Source: an uncultured Clostridia bacterium
GTDB taxonomy: Bacteria > CAYTYR01 > UBA6262
Length of the DNA: 64,000 nucleotides
Direction of reading: 5' to 3'
Assembly: GCA_964441745.1 (NCBI GenBank)
Contig: CAYTYR010000006.1
Location: forward strand, 1-64,000
Below, piece after piece: positions 55,368 through 64,000 of the stretch. The translations under genes and the position numbers were made by a program. Numbering within the stretch: position 1 is the first letter of the stretch; every line of letters starts with the position of its first letter. The notes under the pieces were generated by a model. It was not told the DNA's origin. It was given only the letters and a program-made list of their open reading frames with translations, and made no database searches.

Positions 55368-55802
55368 CTAACCTCTCATCTCATATTTTTCGCTATTTTG
55401 GTAATTTGCCGGTACCACAGCTCCTTTAACCACTTTTAATCTTTTGATCATTTTGTCCCGCAGTTTGTTTGGCGGCAGCATCCCTTTAACCGCCATCGTC
55501 ACCGCTTTTTCCGGATTCTTTTTCATCAGGATACTGTATGGGGTCAGAGTTTGTCCCCCGGGATAGCCGGAGTAACGGAAATCAAATTTCTGGGTCAGCT
55601 TTTTGCCGGTTAAAACAACCTTGTCAGCATTAATGATCACTACGCCATCCCCTAAATCCTGATGCGGGGAAAATTCAGGCTTGCCTTTACCGCGCAAAAG
55701 AGAGGCAACCTCTGAAGCTACGCGCCCCAAGACTTTGCCTTCAGCATCAATAAGATACCATTTCTTTTTAACGTCATCTTTGTTTACAATCGTGGTCTTC
55801 AT
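55368..55802 (-). CDS. rplM: 50S ribosomal protein L13
   Basis: WYLIDAEG.VLGR, SGYPGG, VKGMLP; start may be 55817. Confidence 0.97.
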   Translation of the reverse strand: MKTTIVNKDDVKKKWYLIDAEGKVLGRVASEVASLLRGKGKPEFSPHQDLGDGVVIINADKVVLTGKKLTQKFDFRYSGYPGGQTLTPYSILMKKNPEKAVTMAVKGMLPPNKLRDKMIKRLKVVKGAVVPANYQNSEKYEMRG

Positions 55803-55856
55803 TTCTTTCTCTTCCACCTTTCCGTGCGTTTTCCTTAAATTGAAATTAGATTAGTT

Positions 55857-55885
55857 AGTATATCTAAAATACCCTTTAAAGTCAA
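55857..55885 (-). promoter_or_regulatory. Sigma70 promoter for rplM-rpsI
   Basis: TTGACT-17 nt-TATACT. Confidence 0.75.
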
Positions 55886-55981
55886 GCATTATTATCAAAC
55901 GGTTATTAAAACCAAAAAAACCTTATCCCGTTAACAAAGGTTTTTTATTTGCCGCTTGCACACTCTGGTTTTTTAGTTAAT

Positions 55982-58924
55982 TTACTGCCCGGCAGTCACA
56001 TTAATGATAATAGTTTGTATTCCTGTACCAATATCTATCGCCAAAGGAGCGGTAAGCCTTAACCATAATTTCCTTTGAGCATCCAGAGGCACACCTACTC
56101 CATTTTGGTCTCCCGCGTATATGACACTAGTGCACTTTACACTGCGGTTGGTCAGGAGATGATTGATATTATCCCACATGACCGCCCCGCTGGCGCTGCC
56201 AAAAGCTCCAAGCAACACATACTGATTCATTCCAGGGGTCATAGCGGCTTGCCAGCCTGGAGGATTAACCAAATTTAAAGATAAAGTTACAGGTACGCCG
56301 CCAATGTTGGTAACAGTGACCGGATCGAGGGCAGTTTTACTTTCTCCTGGCAGCATTTCCCCTAAATCAGCCAGGCCTTCCACCTTAATTCCAATCCCAG
56401 CAGTTCTCGCAAGAGCATAAAATATATTGGATTTGTCTGAGAGGTTTCCTTTTTCATCAATAGTCTGAACAGCGAAATAATACCCTTGCCCCGGAGTCAA
56501 GCCGCTCAGGGCTTGTGTTTCTGTAGTCCCGGGGGTGCCTGGGACCAGGGATTGGCTGTAATCTTCCCAATTGGAAATATAGCCAGTTGAATATTTGACG
56601 ATATAGCCGGTATTGAGATAATCCCCATCCGGAGCGGTCCAGGTCAGGGTGATATCTCCCGGGGCATTACCGTAATTAGCTTGTAAATCAGTGATACTGG
56701 ACGGGCCAGGACCGATGAACTTGATATCATCGATATAAAATGACGGGTCAATCATCTGCGCAGGGGTCATGACCACTAAAAGCAAGCCGTTCACATCTGT
56801 TAATATTTGATTAGTCAGGTCTATAGCATAAGTTTGCCATTCATTACTTAAGATCATCTGGCGAGTCTTAACTGCACAGGTGTCACCGGTACCACCTCTA
56901 TCCCCGCCCACGCCAAATTGAACCAAAATAGCCTGAGCATTAGTTTCACCGGCCTTAGCCCTGATGAGCATGGCAGAATAATTACTCAGATCGATACCTT
57001 TTCCGCCGTTAGCACGCCATTCCCCGCTGGCCTGCACATAGAATCCGGCCCAGGCCTCTTTAGCCGGGTCATAGGTAATCTTGACACAAGATGAACCGGT
57101 AGCTGGATTCTCATGACTAGCCGAATCCATGAGCATAGAATCAATCTTCTGTTTTTCGTCCATCCAGCCACTAGGGGGATAACGCCAGTCATCATCATAA
57201 ATATATAAGGTCTTATGATAAGCGCTGCCTTCCCCAGCCAATCTATACTCAATTAAGATGCTGTACATAATCGGGGAGACAAAAAGATTATTAGTGGAAA
57301 TTTCCGCTTTCCAGTAGAGACTGGTCCCAGTGGTATTAGTGAAAGAGAGCTCGGCGCCGTTCATATTCGCGCTTTGCCAAGTTGTCCCGTCATTAGATAA
57401 ATACAATTTGATTGTTTGGCCCTGGGAATAATAGCTGCCGTAAGCTTTAGCTGAAAGTATCGGGTTGACAGGATTATCCGGATAGAGCACATCATCAGAA
57501 ACAGCCTCAGCAGATAAAGCATATCCCCCGCCGGCTTCAATCTGGGTAATAGTCCAGTCACTGGCATTATTTGTCCCGGCAGTAGTGATTTTTTGCCCAA
57601 ACAGATCATAATCTGAATTGCGGTAAGAATGCCAGGTAACATACAAGCTGTTATCTGTATCTATGACAAAATTAGAATTATATCCAGTATAATACAAGGC
57701 GTTGGTATAAGGATTATCCCCTACATTCACTTTTACTCCTGTTGATGCCCACTGGGCTTCGCCAATAGCATTATAGCGCTGGGCATATACATTCAGCTTG
57801 CTAGTTGTCCGGGTATCTTCCCAGATCACATTTGGGAGATTGGCAGAATCGAGACGAACCTTGGGATTTGTCTGGTTATAATAACTGGTGTCATTATATA
57901 CTTTCTGAGCCGGCCAGAGCTCATTCCCGCTGGTATCGAAAGCCTTAATATAAACATCCATTCCCGAAGTAGAATTCAGCTGGTCCCAGACAACGTAGCT
58001 CTTACCCGAGGCATCAGTAGCGATATCTGTCCCGTAAATAGTCTTCATTGAAACGATGAACACACGATCCGCCCAGACTTCTGTAATAATACCGCTGAAA
58101 TCATCATATTTATATTTATTTATGAAAAGTTCCCGGTTTGTATTTGTGCTATTGTAACTGGAATAGATCATGAAATAATTATCATCACTATCGCGGCTTA
58201 CCTTAGCCAGATCAACTACATTCGAGCTTAAAAGCTGTATAGGATCACCAGCCAGGATTCCGCCAGGACCATCAGGATTGACTTTTTGCATATAAATAAC
58301 GCTTCCGCCATCCCAGAAGAAAGACAAGGTGCGATCACTGTTGACCAGGCCAGTGAAATACCCATAGTTATAACTACTAACCATCGCCGGTGAAGTATTT
58401 AGCTGTAAATCCCCGGTCCATTGGCATTCAGCAGCAGCATTAAATTTCTGTAAGTATAAGCAATTACCAACAGTCCAATAAACATATACATTCGAACCAT
58501 CATTGATCAATTTAACATAGGTGGCGAAAAAACCATCAGGGATATAAGTACTAGGAGAGCCATGGTCCACCAGCACATCTGCGGCCAGGGGATTATTCCC
58601 TGATTTATCATATCTTTGCAGGTAAATATGCCCATTCCTAGTGCCGATCCCGCCCCGGAAATCAACCCAGGCATAATAGAGATAATCACCCATTATGGTA
58701 ATACTGCCATTGACCTGCTTGGTATTGCCCAGTGGATCAGTACTGGCAGGCAAACGCAGCTCTTGATAGTCCCAAACAGCGGTAGTACCAGGTCCCTGGT
58801 GGTCAGTCGTCTCAAATTTCTCGGAAAACGTATAGGTGGTCGCCCAGAGACCGGCAACCGGACATACTAACAAAAATATGCCGGCAGTGATCAGGATAAT
58901 ATGTATTTTTCTCTTTAAAGGCAT
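55982..58924 (-). CDS. Large exported multidomain protein, putative adhesin
   Basis: Signal peptide; W.D.R..Y.Q..G..W repeats; CBM-like segment (GIDLSNYS..YIDDIKF); FN3-like (LTWTAP); C-terminal domain similar to 63565 ORF. Confidence 0.75.
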   Translation of the reverse strand: MPLKRKIHIILITAGIFLLVCPVAGLWATTYTFSEKFETTDHQGPGTTAVWDYQELRLPASTDPLGNTKQVNGSITIMGDYLYYAWVDFRGGIGTRNGHIYLQRYDKSGNNPLAADVLVDHGSPSTYIPDGFFATYVKLINDGSNVYVYWTVGNCLYLQKFNAAAECQWTGDLQLNTSPAMVSSYNYGYFTGLVNSDRTLSFFWDGGSVIYMQKVNPDGPGGILAGDPIQLLSSNVVDLAKVSRDSDDNYFMIYSSYNSTNTNRELFINKYKYDDFSGIITEVWADRVFIVSMKTIYGTDIATDASGKSYVVWDQLNSTSGMDVYIKAFDTSGNELWPAQKVYNDTSYYNQTNPKVRLDSANLPNVIWEDTRTTSKLNVYAQRYNAIGEAQWASTGVKVNVGDNPYTNALYYTGYNSNFVIDTDNSLYVTWHSYRNSDYDLFGQKITTAGTNNASDWTITQIEAGGGYALSAEAVSDDVLYPDNPVNPILSAKAYGSYYSQGQTIKLYLSNDGTTWQSANMNGAELSFTNTTGTSLYWKAEISTNNLFVSPIMYSILIEYRLAGEGSAYHKTLYIYDDDWRYPPSGWMDEKQKIDSMLMDSASHENPATGSSCVKITYDPAKEAWAGFYVQASGEWRANGGKGIDLSNYSAMLIRAKAGETNAQAILVQFGVGGDRGGTGDTCAVKTRQMILSNEWQTYAIDLTNQILTDVNGLLLVVMTPAQMIDPSFYIDDIKFIGPGPSSITDLQANYGNAPGDITLTWTAPDGDYLNTGYIVKYSTGYISNWEDYSQSLVPGTPGTTETQALSGLTPGQGYYFAVQTIDEKGNLSDKSNIFYALARTAGIGIKVEGLADLGEMLPGESKTALDPVTVTNIGGVPVTLSLNLVNPPGWQAAMTPGMNQYVLLGAFGSASGAVMWDNINHLLTNRSVKCTSVIYAGDQNGVGVPLDAQRKLWLRLTAPLAIDIGTGIQTIIINVTAGQ

Positions 58925-59015
58925 TACGCGACAGCTCCATTTAAATAAAATTGGCTACAGAAGCATTAAATATAATATAGCTTTGTAACCGAAGTCCGTG
59001 GCTTCTTATACTATA

Positions 59016-59043
59016 AATATAGCATGAAAATCGTAATTGTCAA
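59016..59043 (-). promoter_or_regulatory. Putative sigma70 promoter for the 980-aa gene
   Basis: TTGACA-16 nt-TATATT with TG extension. Confidence 0.55.
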
Positions 59044-59056
59044 CCTCTATTTGGAC

Positions 59057-59929
59057 TCAGTTAAATTGAATGATGATGAGGCCAAATTGCCCTATTTTAG
59101 GAGGATTGGCCGTATCTTTAACGCCGACCAGGATCAAGATCGGCTGGCTTTTTTTAAGTTTTAATGAAGGGAAATCTATGGCCAGATCTATGCTTTTTGA
59201 TTCTTTATTATTTAGTTCAATGACGGGATCTTTAAAACTTATCAACCTGGCTAAGGCCGGGATATTTTCCAATCCTACCGCATATAAGGTAAATGCCATT
59301 TTTTCGTTACTGTTATTGGTAACAGCCATCCTGGATAAATCCAACTTCCGCTTCAGGCTAGCTTTGTTAATGGAGAGTATTTTAGGGTAGATCATAACCA
59401 CTTTTTCATTGGTCTGGTCCGCGCGGACTTTTTGTCCCATGGCTTCACGCTTGTATTGCTCACTGGTAAAGCTCAGAAAAACATTGGTTTTAATGCTGTC
59501 TTTCTGCACTCCTGACCCGGTTAAAGTATAGGCCGACAGGATAGCCTGGAATTTCCTCCCAAATAATTTTGGGTCGTAGTGAGCATACACGATTAGGTCA
59601 AGATTTTCAGTCTGGTTCGCCTTGATCCAGGCGCTGCTGCGTTCCGGTTTTAACCAGCTGACACTAGGGATAGGTTCGTATCCTTTCTTCAACTGGTTCT
59701 TATTAGGGACTAATACTTCAAAATAGATATTATCACCCAGGGTATCAGTATTATTAATGCCGAGAGCGCTCCCGGTCCGCTGTAACAGGCTGGCCGGGAT
59801 CCCTGGCTGCAACTCTTCCATGGTAAGATCAGCATAATTGACAGTTAAAGTAGCAGACCAAGCGCCAACAGCAGAGCTGAGCACGATCAAAATCAAGCCC
59901 GTAATTTTAATCATCTTTTTTCGCCTCAT
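59057..59929 (-). CDS. Exported Ig-like protein, paralog of 59979..60878
   Basis: Signal peptide; LKKGYEPIP..W.K and G.KFQAI shared with neighbour. Confidence 0.7.
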   Translation of the reverse strand: MRRKKMIKITGLILIVLSSAVGAWSATLTVNYADLTMEELQPGIPASLLQRTGSALGINNTDTLGDNIYFEVLVPNKNQLKKGYEPIPSVSWLKPERSSAWIKANQTENLDLIVYAHYDPKLFGRKFQAILSAYTLTGSGVQKDSIKTNVFLSFTSEQYKREAMGQKVRADQTNEKVVMIYPKILSINKASLKRKLDLSRMAVTNNSNEKMAFTLYAVGLENIPALARLISFKDPVIELNNKESKSIDLAIDFPSLKLKKSQPILILVGVKDTANPPKIGQFGLIIIQFN

Positions 59930-59978
59930 CCCTCAATCTCCTATCATCAGCAGGTGTTAAGGTACTGTTCCTTTTACC

Positions 59979-60878
59979 TTACTTCTTTGTAGTTACATAG
60001 ACATAGGCATAACGGACTAAAGGAGCTTCCTGTTCACCTAAGACCACAGCAATTACGAACATATAGTTCTTGCCGGCATACTTTTTATCTTTCGGGAAAC
60101 TGAGAAACAGTTCCACTTCCTGGCTTTGTTTTGGTTTAATAGTTATGATTTCTTCACTAAATAATAGAAATTTGGGATCCGGAGTTTCTAAATAATCCTT
60201 TTTGAGGGTGGCATTGGCCAGAATAACCGGGACCGTATTCATATAATAATTCAGTTCTAGATCAGCGGTATTAGTGATCGTTAATGCTGTTTTGGCTAAG
60301 TCCCGCACCTTGACCTTCCGGCCTAAAGGGACATCTTTGATGGTGATTTCCAGCGGCGATAGGTCAAAAGTCACTTTTTCTGTGGTATTTCTGGTATTCA
60401 GCGCGACGGGGTATGGCCCATCGACAGTATCAATAGTAAATAAGATACTGCTGCTTAATCCTATTTTTAACATGCCTTCGTAGGTATAAGGATAAATTAT
60501 GGCCTGATATTTTTTCCCCTTAAGCCTTTCATCTTTGGGAATATTAAAAATAATATCTGTCACTATTTCTTCGTTGGGCTTGAGCGTAAAAAAGTTTTTC
60601 CCCAGCTTGATCCAGTTTATATTCGGGATCGGTTCGTACCCTTTTTTCAAGGTGCCCGCGACAGGAGCTTGGACTTCTACTTTTATATCAATGGATTTAT
60701 CACTCTTATTGGTTATGATATAAGGCAAGTTGGCTTTTTCCCGGGTATTAAACTCAGCCCCGATGCGCAAGTTTTGGATGATCACTTCCCCAAAATTCGC
60801 CGTTAACGCGGCGGCTAAAAGCTGCGCGGCTATGCTGATCAGGAATAAAGTTAAGACCATGATCTTTTTTTTATTCAT
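59979..60878 (-). CDS. Exported two-domain Ig-like protein
   Basis: Signal peptide; internal duplication TLKKGYEPIP..PKD..GKKY / TLKKDYLETP..PKD..GKNY. Confidence 0.7.
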   Translation of the reverse strand: MNKKKIMVLTLFLISIAAQLLAAALTANFGEVIIQNLRIGAEFNTREKANLPYIITNKSDKSIDIKVEVQAPVAGTLKKGYEPIPNINWIKLGKNFFTLKPNEEIVTDIIFNIPKDERLKGKKYQAIIYPYTYEGMLKIGLSSSILFTIDTVDGPYPVALNTRNTTEKVTFDLSPLEITIKDVPLGRKVKVRDLAKTALTITNTADLELNYYMNTVPVILANATLKKDYLETPDPKFLLFSEEIITIKPKQSQEVELFLSFPKDKKYAGKNYMFVIAVVLGEQEAPLVRYAYVYVTTKK

Positions 60879-60890
60879 CTGCCCCTCTTA

Positions 60891-60923
60891 AAAAATAAGG
60901 AGACCATAGTCACGGTCTCCTTA
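60891..60923 (-). terminator. Intrinsic terminator after the PorV-like gene
   Basis: taaggagacc-8 nt-ggtctcctta then T5 on minus strand. Confidence 0.7.
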
Positions 60924-60947
60924 AGGATCTTATAATTGCTATGACTT

Positions 60948-61886
60948 TTAGAACCATATACCCATTGATATCCTGTGACTGCCGGAAGAATCTTCTATCT
61001 CCAGCGGCATAATGAAAGAATAATCAAGGTTCAAGCCAAAACTCTCGGAACGAATACCATTAAAAGAGAAGCCGAAGGTCAGCTCGCTATTATTCCAGCC
61101 AGCCCTTAATCCCAGCGCTTTTTTCATCAGATAACTTTCAAATCCTAGATGCGTTGTAGTGACGCCATCGCGTATGGTCAGGTCAACAGCCGGAGTAATA
61201 AGTGTGTACCGGTAGGCGGCGCCTATCTTTAACTCCATCGGGACTTTATCTTCATCTTTCAATCCTACATCCGGCTGGGTCAGGTTCTTAGCCGCTAGGC
61301 CTATGGCCAATCTATCCCAGGGTTTAACCAAAGCTCCAAGATCCACAGTAAAGGCGCTCTTCGAAGTTCCTCCCTCAACAAAAACCGGGTCATCTTTGGC
61401 ATAATCATCCAAAGTATAAGAATGCCCCATAGATTTCAGGTTTAAGCCTAAATAGATAATCGGCGGCAGGTTTGGCAGCAAATCATTCAGCTTTTTTGCA
61501 TAGGTCAAGGTATAGGTATCTTCTTTATAGAGATCCGTGGCCGTAAAATTAGCCCAGCTTACACCAAAAGAGCCAATACTGTTCTTGGGATAGACAAAGG
61601 AGAGGTAATTAAATCCTAAGCTAATGCTGTCATCGCCTGCCTTCAGGTCCAACCCGTTATAATAAGTGGAATACATGAAACTTAGTTCAGTGTTTTTCAT
61701 TTGGGCGATACCAGCCGGGTTCCACAGGGGAGCATTGCTATCGTTAGCTACCCCCACAAATGCTCCCCCCATGCCAGCAGGCCTGGTCCCCCAACCACAG
61801 TCTTTAAACGCAGCTTGGGCAACTTGTATATTAAGAATTATGGCTATGGTCATTAAGGTGATTATCAGGTTCCTCTTCATCGTCAT
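60948..61886 (-). CDS. PorV/PorQ-family (FadL-like) outer-membrane barrel
   Basis: GTRPAGMGGAFVGVANDSNAPLWNPAG signature; C-terminal HRISMGIWF. Confidence 0.8.
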   Translation of the reverse strand: MTMKRNLIITLMTIAIILNIQVAQAAFKDCGWGTRPAGMGGAFVGVANDSNAPLWNPAGIAQMKNTELSFMYSTYYNGLDLKAGDDSISLGFNYLSFVYPKNSIGSFGVSWANFTATDLYKEDTYTLTYAKKLNDLLPNLPPIIYLGLNLKSMGHSYTLDDYAKDDPVFVEGGTSKSAFTVDLGALVKPWDRLAIGLAAKNLTQPDVGLKDEDKVPMELKIGAAYRYTLITPAVDLTIRDGVTTTHLGFESYLMKKALGLRAGWNNSELTFGFSFNGIRSESFGLNLDYSFIMPLEIEDSSGSHRISMGIWF

Positions 61887-61892
61887 CCCCCC

Positions 61893-63491
61893 TTACTTCG
61901 CCACGGCGATAACGCCGCTTACTAGAGTGCCATCTACCTTAAACTGATAGATATATACACCACTCTCGACAATACTGCCGCCATCGTCTTTGCCATCCCA
62001 CTCGCCTGTGCCGGCAGATATTGACCTGATCTTTCTTCCGGTAATATCGAATATCTTGATCTCTTCAGCTAAACCGCTGAAATCTGCCAGGTCGTTCTTG
62101 CCATCGCCATTGGGCGTGATAATCTTGTTACCTGGCCGATAATCTTCAGGACTGAGAGAAGTGACTGGGAATAAGGCATAATAGGCGAATTGGCTGGTTT
62201 TGACAGTAATAGTGTTTTCGTCAAGATCCTGGGTGTGAACCCCTTTGACCAATCTCCATTTAAAGCCATCCCACCAAAACATCTTGAGACTGGCTTCATT
62301 AATGGTGGCATTGCCATCACGATCTTCTAACCCATCTACTATCCCATTATTATCCAGGTCAAAATAGAGCAGAGTGAGATCGACATTTTTTAAGAACCTG
62401 GCGCTGTTGGGTGTTAGATTAAAAATCATAGCTGGTTTTTCTGATAAAGAAAAGCTTGGCGCGGCCGGGCAAGAAGAAGAAGTCTCGTCAATTTGCGTTA
62501 AAGTAACATCTAAGTCCTGCGCTACTGCCCCTCTGGGCGCAACGATCTGCACTTCACCGTCATAAGGATTGCCATCTACCACATTGATCGTAGATCCTGA
62601 GGTGCTAATTTGCCCTGTGGTTCTACGGGATATGGTAACCGGATGAAATTGAATTTGGGCCGGGTCTTCGAATTCCTCTGTCGTCTGGTCAGGAGAATAG
62701 GCGATAGTACTTCCCGCCTGGGTAGAGATTATATATTGCAGTTCGCCGGTAGAGAGGGCCGCTGCCGTGACCTCGCTAGCGGGAATTTCAAACGCATAAT
62801 CCGTGGTATTGTTGCCTTTAGCTGTACTCAAAGTTGCTGATTTTTGGGTCCAGGCAGTCACTCCTTTACGGCGATAGTAAAGTTTAACCGTCGGAGCGCT
62901 GGTGCTGGCAATATTCGTAGTAATGACTGCCTTATTACCGATCAATCCTATATTGCTCAACACCGGGTACGTAGTGACTCCGTAACCTATATAAATCGAG
63001 CTAATATCCATAAGTAAGGTAGAGGAAGCGCCGGCCCTTCCTGAGCCAGTATTTGTTTGTCCGGTGATTCTGAGTTGGATTTTCTTGCCTAAATATGAAG
63101 TATCATAAGGGATAGTAAAATTTACCGCTGTATCTTGAGTGCCGTTATTGGCAATAGAGAAAGTGGCCGGGGTAATCGTGACCGTAGAGGTGTCAGGATA
63201 AGCTTCATAGCCAGCGGCTAAAGTAATGCCGCTATTTAAAGCCGAGCAAATCACTTCATCAGTTTCATAACCAGTATAAGTCCAGGTAATATCCATGGCT
63301 ATTAAGTCTTTCAAGTTATAAGAAGAGCCTATTTTCAGGTCGCTTAACAAAACAGAAGGTAAATTATTGCTTAAACTTACCGCCAGGAGAGGAGTAGCGG
63401 AAAAGAACATAGTTAGAAAGCAACCAATAAGTATCGATAAAAATCTTTTTTCTATCAGTTGTCCTTTCCTTGCTTTTAAATCAGGGCTCAT
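61893..63491 (-). CDS. Exported protein with T9SS-type (CHU_C/FlgD-like) C-terminal domain
   Basis: AGGAG RBS at ATG 63491; signal peptide; ITPNGDGKND..KIFDITGRKI..WDGKD..SGVYIYQF. Confidence 0.8.
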   Translation of the reverse strand: MSPDLKARKGQLIEKRFLSILIGCFLTMFFSATPLLAVSLSNNLPSVLLSDLKIGSSYNLKDLIAMDITWTYTGYETDEVICSALNSGITLAAGYEAYPDTSTVTITPATFSIANNGTQDTAVNFTIPYDTSYLGKKIQLRITGQTNTGSGRAGASSTLLMDISSIYIGYGVTTYPVLSNIGLIGNKAVITTNIASTSAPTVKLYYRRKGVTAWTQKSATLSTAKGNNTTDYAFEIPASEVTAAALSTGELQYIISTQAGSTIAYSPDQTTEEFEDPAQIQFHPVTISRRTTGQISTSGSTINVVDGNPYDGEVQIVAPRGAVAQDLDVTLTQIDETSSSCPAAPSFSLSEKPAMIFNLTPNSARFLKNVDLTLLYFDLDNNGIVDGLEDRDGNATINEASLKMFWWDGFKWRLVKGVHTQDLDENTITVKTSQFAYYALFPVTSLSPEDYRPGNKIITPNGDGKNDLADFSGLAEEIKIFDITGRKIRSISAGTGEWDGKDDGGSIVESGVYIYQFKVDGTLVSGVIAVAK

Positions 63492-63519
63492 ACTCCTTCT
63501 CCTTTTTTTCTTTTGTTTC

Positions 63520-63554
63520 TTGGTGTGCAGGCGCTTGAGACGCCTGCACACCAA
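63520..63554. other. Perfect 14-bp hairpin after the pilin-like gene
   Basis: ttggtgtgcaggcg-cttgaga-cgcctgcacaccaa; no U tract on coding strand. Confidence 0.75.
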
Positions 63555-63564
63555 ATTTATTTAT

Positions 63565-64000
63565 TTACAGAACAGCGTTAGCAGTTACCACTACGATAAT
63601 TTCCAAATTGCCAGTCACCGTACTGGAACCAGGCAATTTCATACCGATAGAAAGGTCTCTCAGTTCAGCAGGATTAACATTAGCTCCGTTGGAAGGACTG
63701 CCAGCGATGCCATAAATCCCGGCACTGGAAGCGTCTCTTTGAGTTAAACCGATCGTATCTCTGTCCGTTGCGCTTAATGTACCTTTGTAATCAGCTATCA
63801 CCGGCCTAGATCCGGTAGCAGTGAATATGCCATAAATTCCGAAACGGTTTTGCGCCAGGGTACCCACAGCGGTAAGATCTGCTTGTGGTTCTTGGACTGA
63901 CCATCCGCCAGGATTAACAACATTGAGAGAATAGTTACTAACAGATTTGCCAATGTTTTCCACTATGAAGTGGTTATGCAGTTCATTGAGGATCATGGAT
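63565..64000 (-). CDS. Partial beta-rich protein, pilin/filament subunit-like (5' end probably outside window)
   Basis: Frame open to window edge; similar to last ~125 aa of the 980-aa protein. Confidence 0.65.
   Translation of the reverse strand, partial: SMILNELHNHFIVENIGKSVSNYSLNVVNPGGWSVQEPQADLTAVGTLAQNRFGIYGIFTATGSRPVIADYKGTLSATDRDTIGLTQRDASSAGIYGIAGSPSNGANVNPAELRDLSIGMKLPGSSTVTGNLEIIVVVTANAVL

Noticed and set aside
63492-63554. Track N-terminal extension MVCRRLKRLHTKKQKKKRRRS
   Set aside because: It is the intergenic hairpin and RBS read in frame; ATG 63491 has the RBS and signal peptide

Overview
Bacterial chromosome segment with almost every gene on the minus strand. The organism is probably a diderm (outer-membrane and PorV-like genes); an Elusimicrobiota-like or related candidate lineage is my impression only. 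Reading from the right end: a cluster of exported proteins (pilin-like subunit, T9SS-type CTD protein, PorV/PorQ-like barrel, two paralogous Ig-like proteins, a 980-aa adhesin); rplM-rpsI; argC-argJ-tsaC-ptp-glyA-wecA-wecB; secE-nusG-rplKAJL-rpoBC; the str, S10, spc and alpha ribosomal operons (no rpmD); mreBCD-mrdA-rodA directly after rplQ; trmJ; a REP-associated tyrosine transposase flanked by an inverted pair of palindromes; a Cys-rich exported protein bracketed by a duplicated gene start; a radical SAM fusion; and RNase E/G. The most striking unexplained structure is in the spacers: roughly 25-30 intergenic regions, many inside the ribosomal superoperon, hold short-period (7-, 8-, 9-nt) degenerate repeat arrays, often a direct block followed by its inverted block. 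Several carry small GC-rich hairpin inserts with a CCTG/CTGYG foot or GNA triloops at precise unit junctions. No tRNA, rRNA or CRISPR array was recognised. All calls are by eye; no searches were run.
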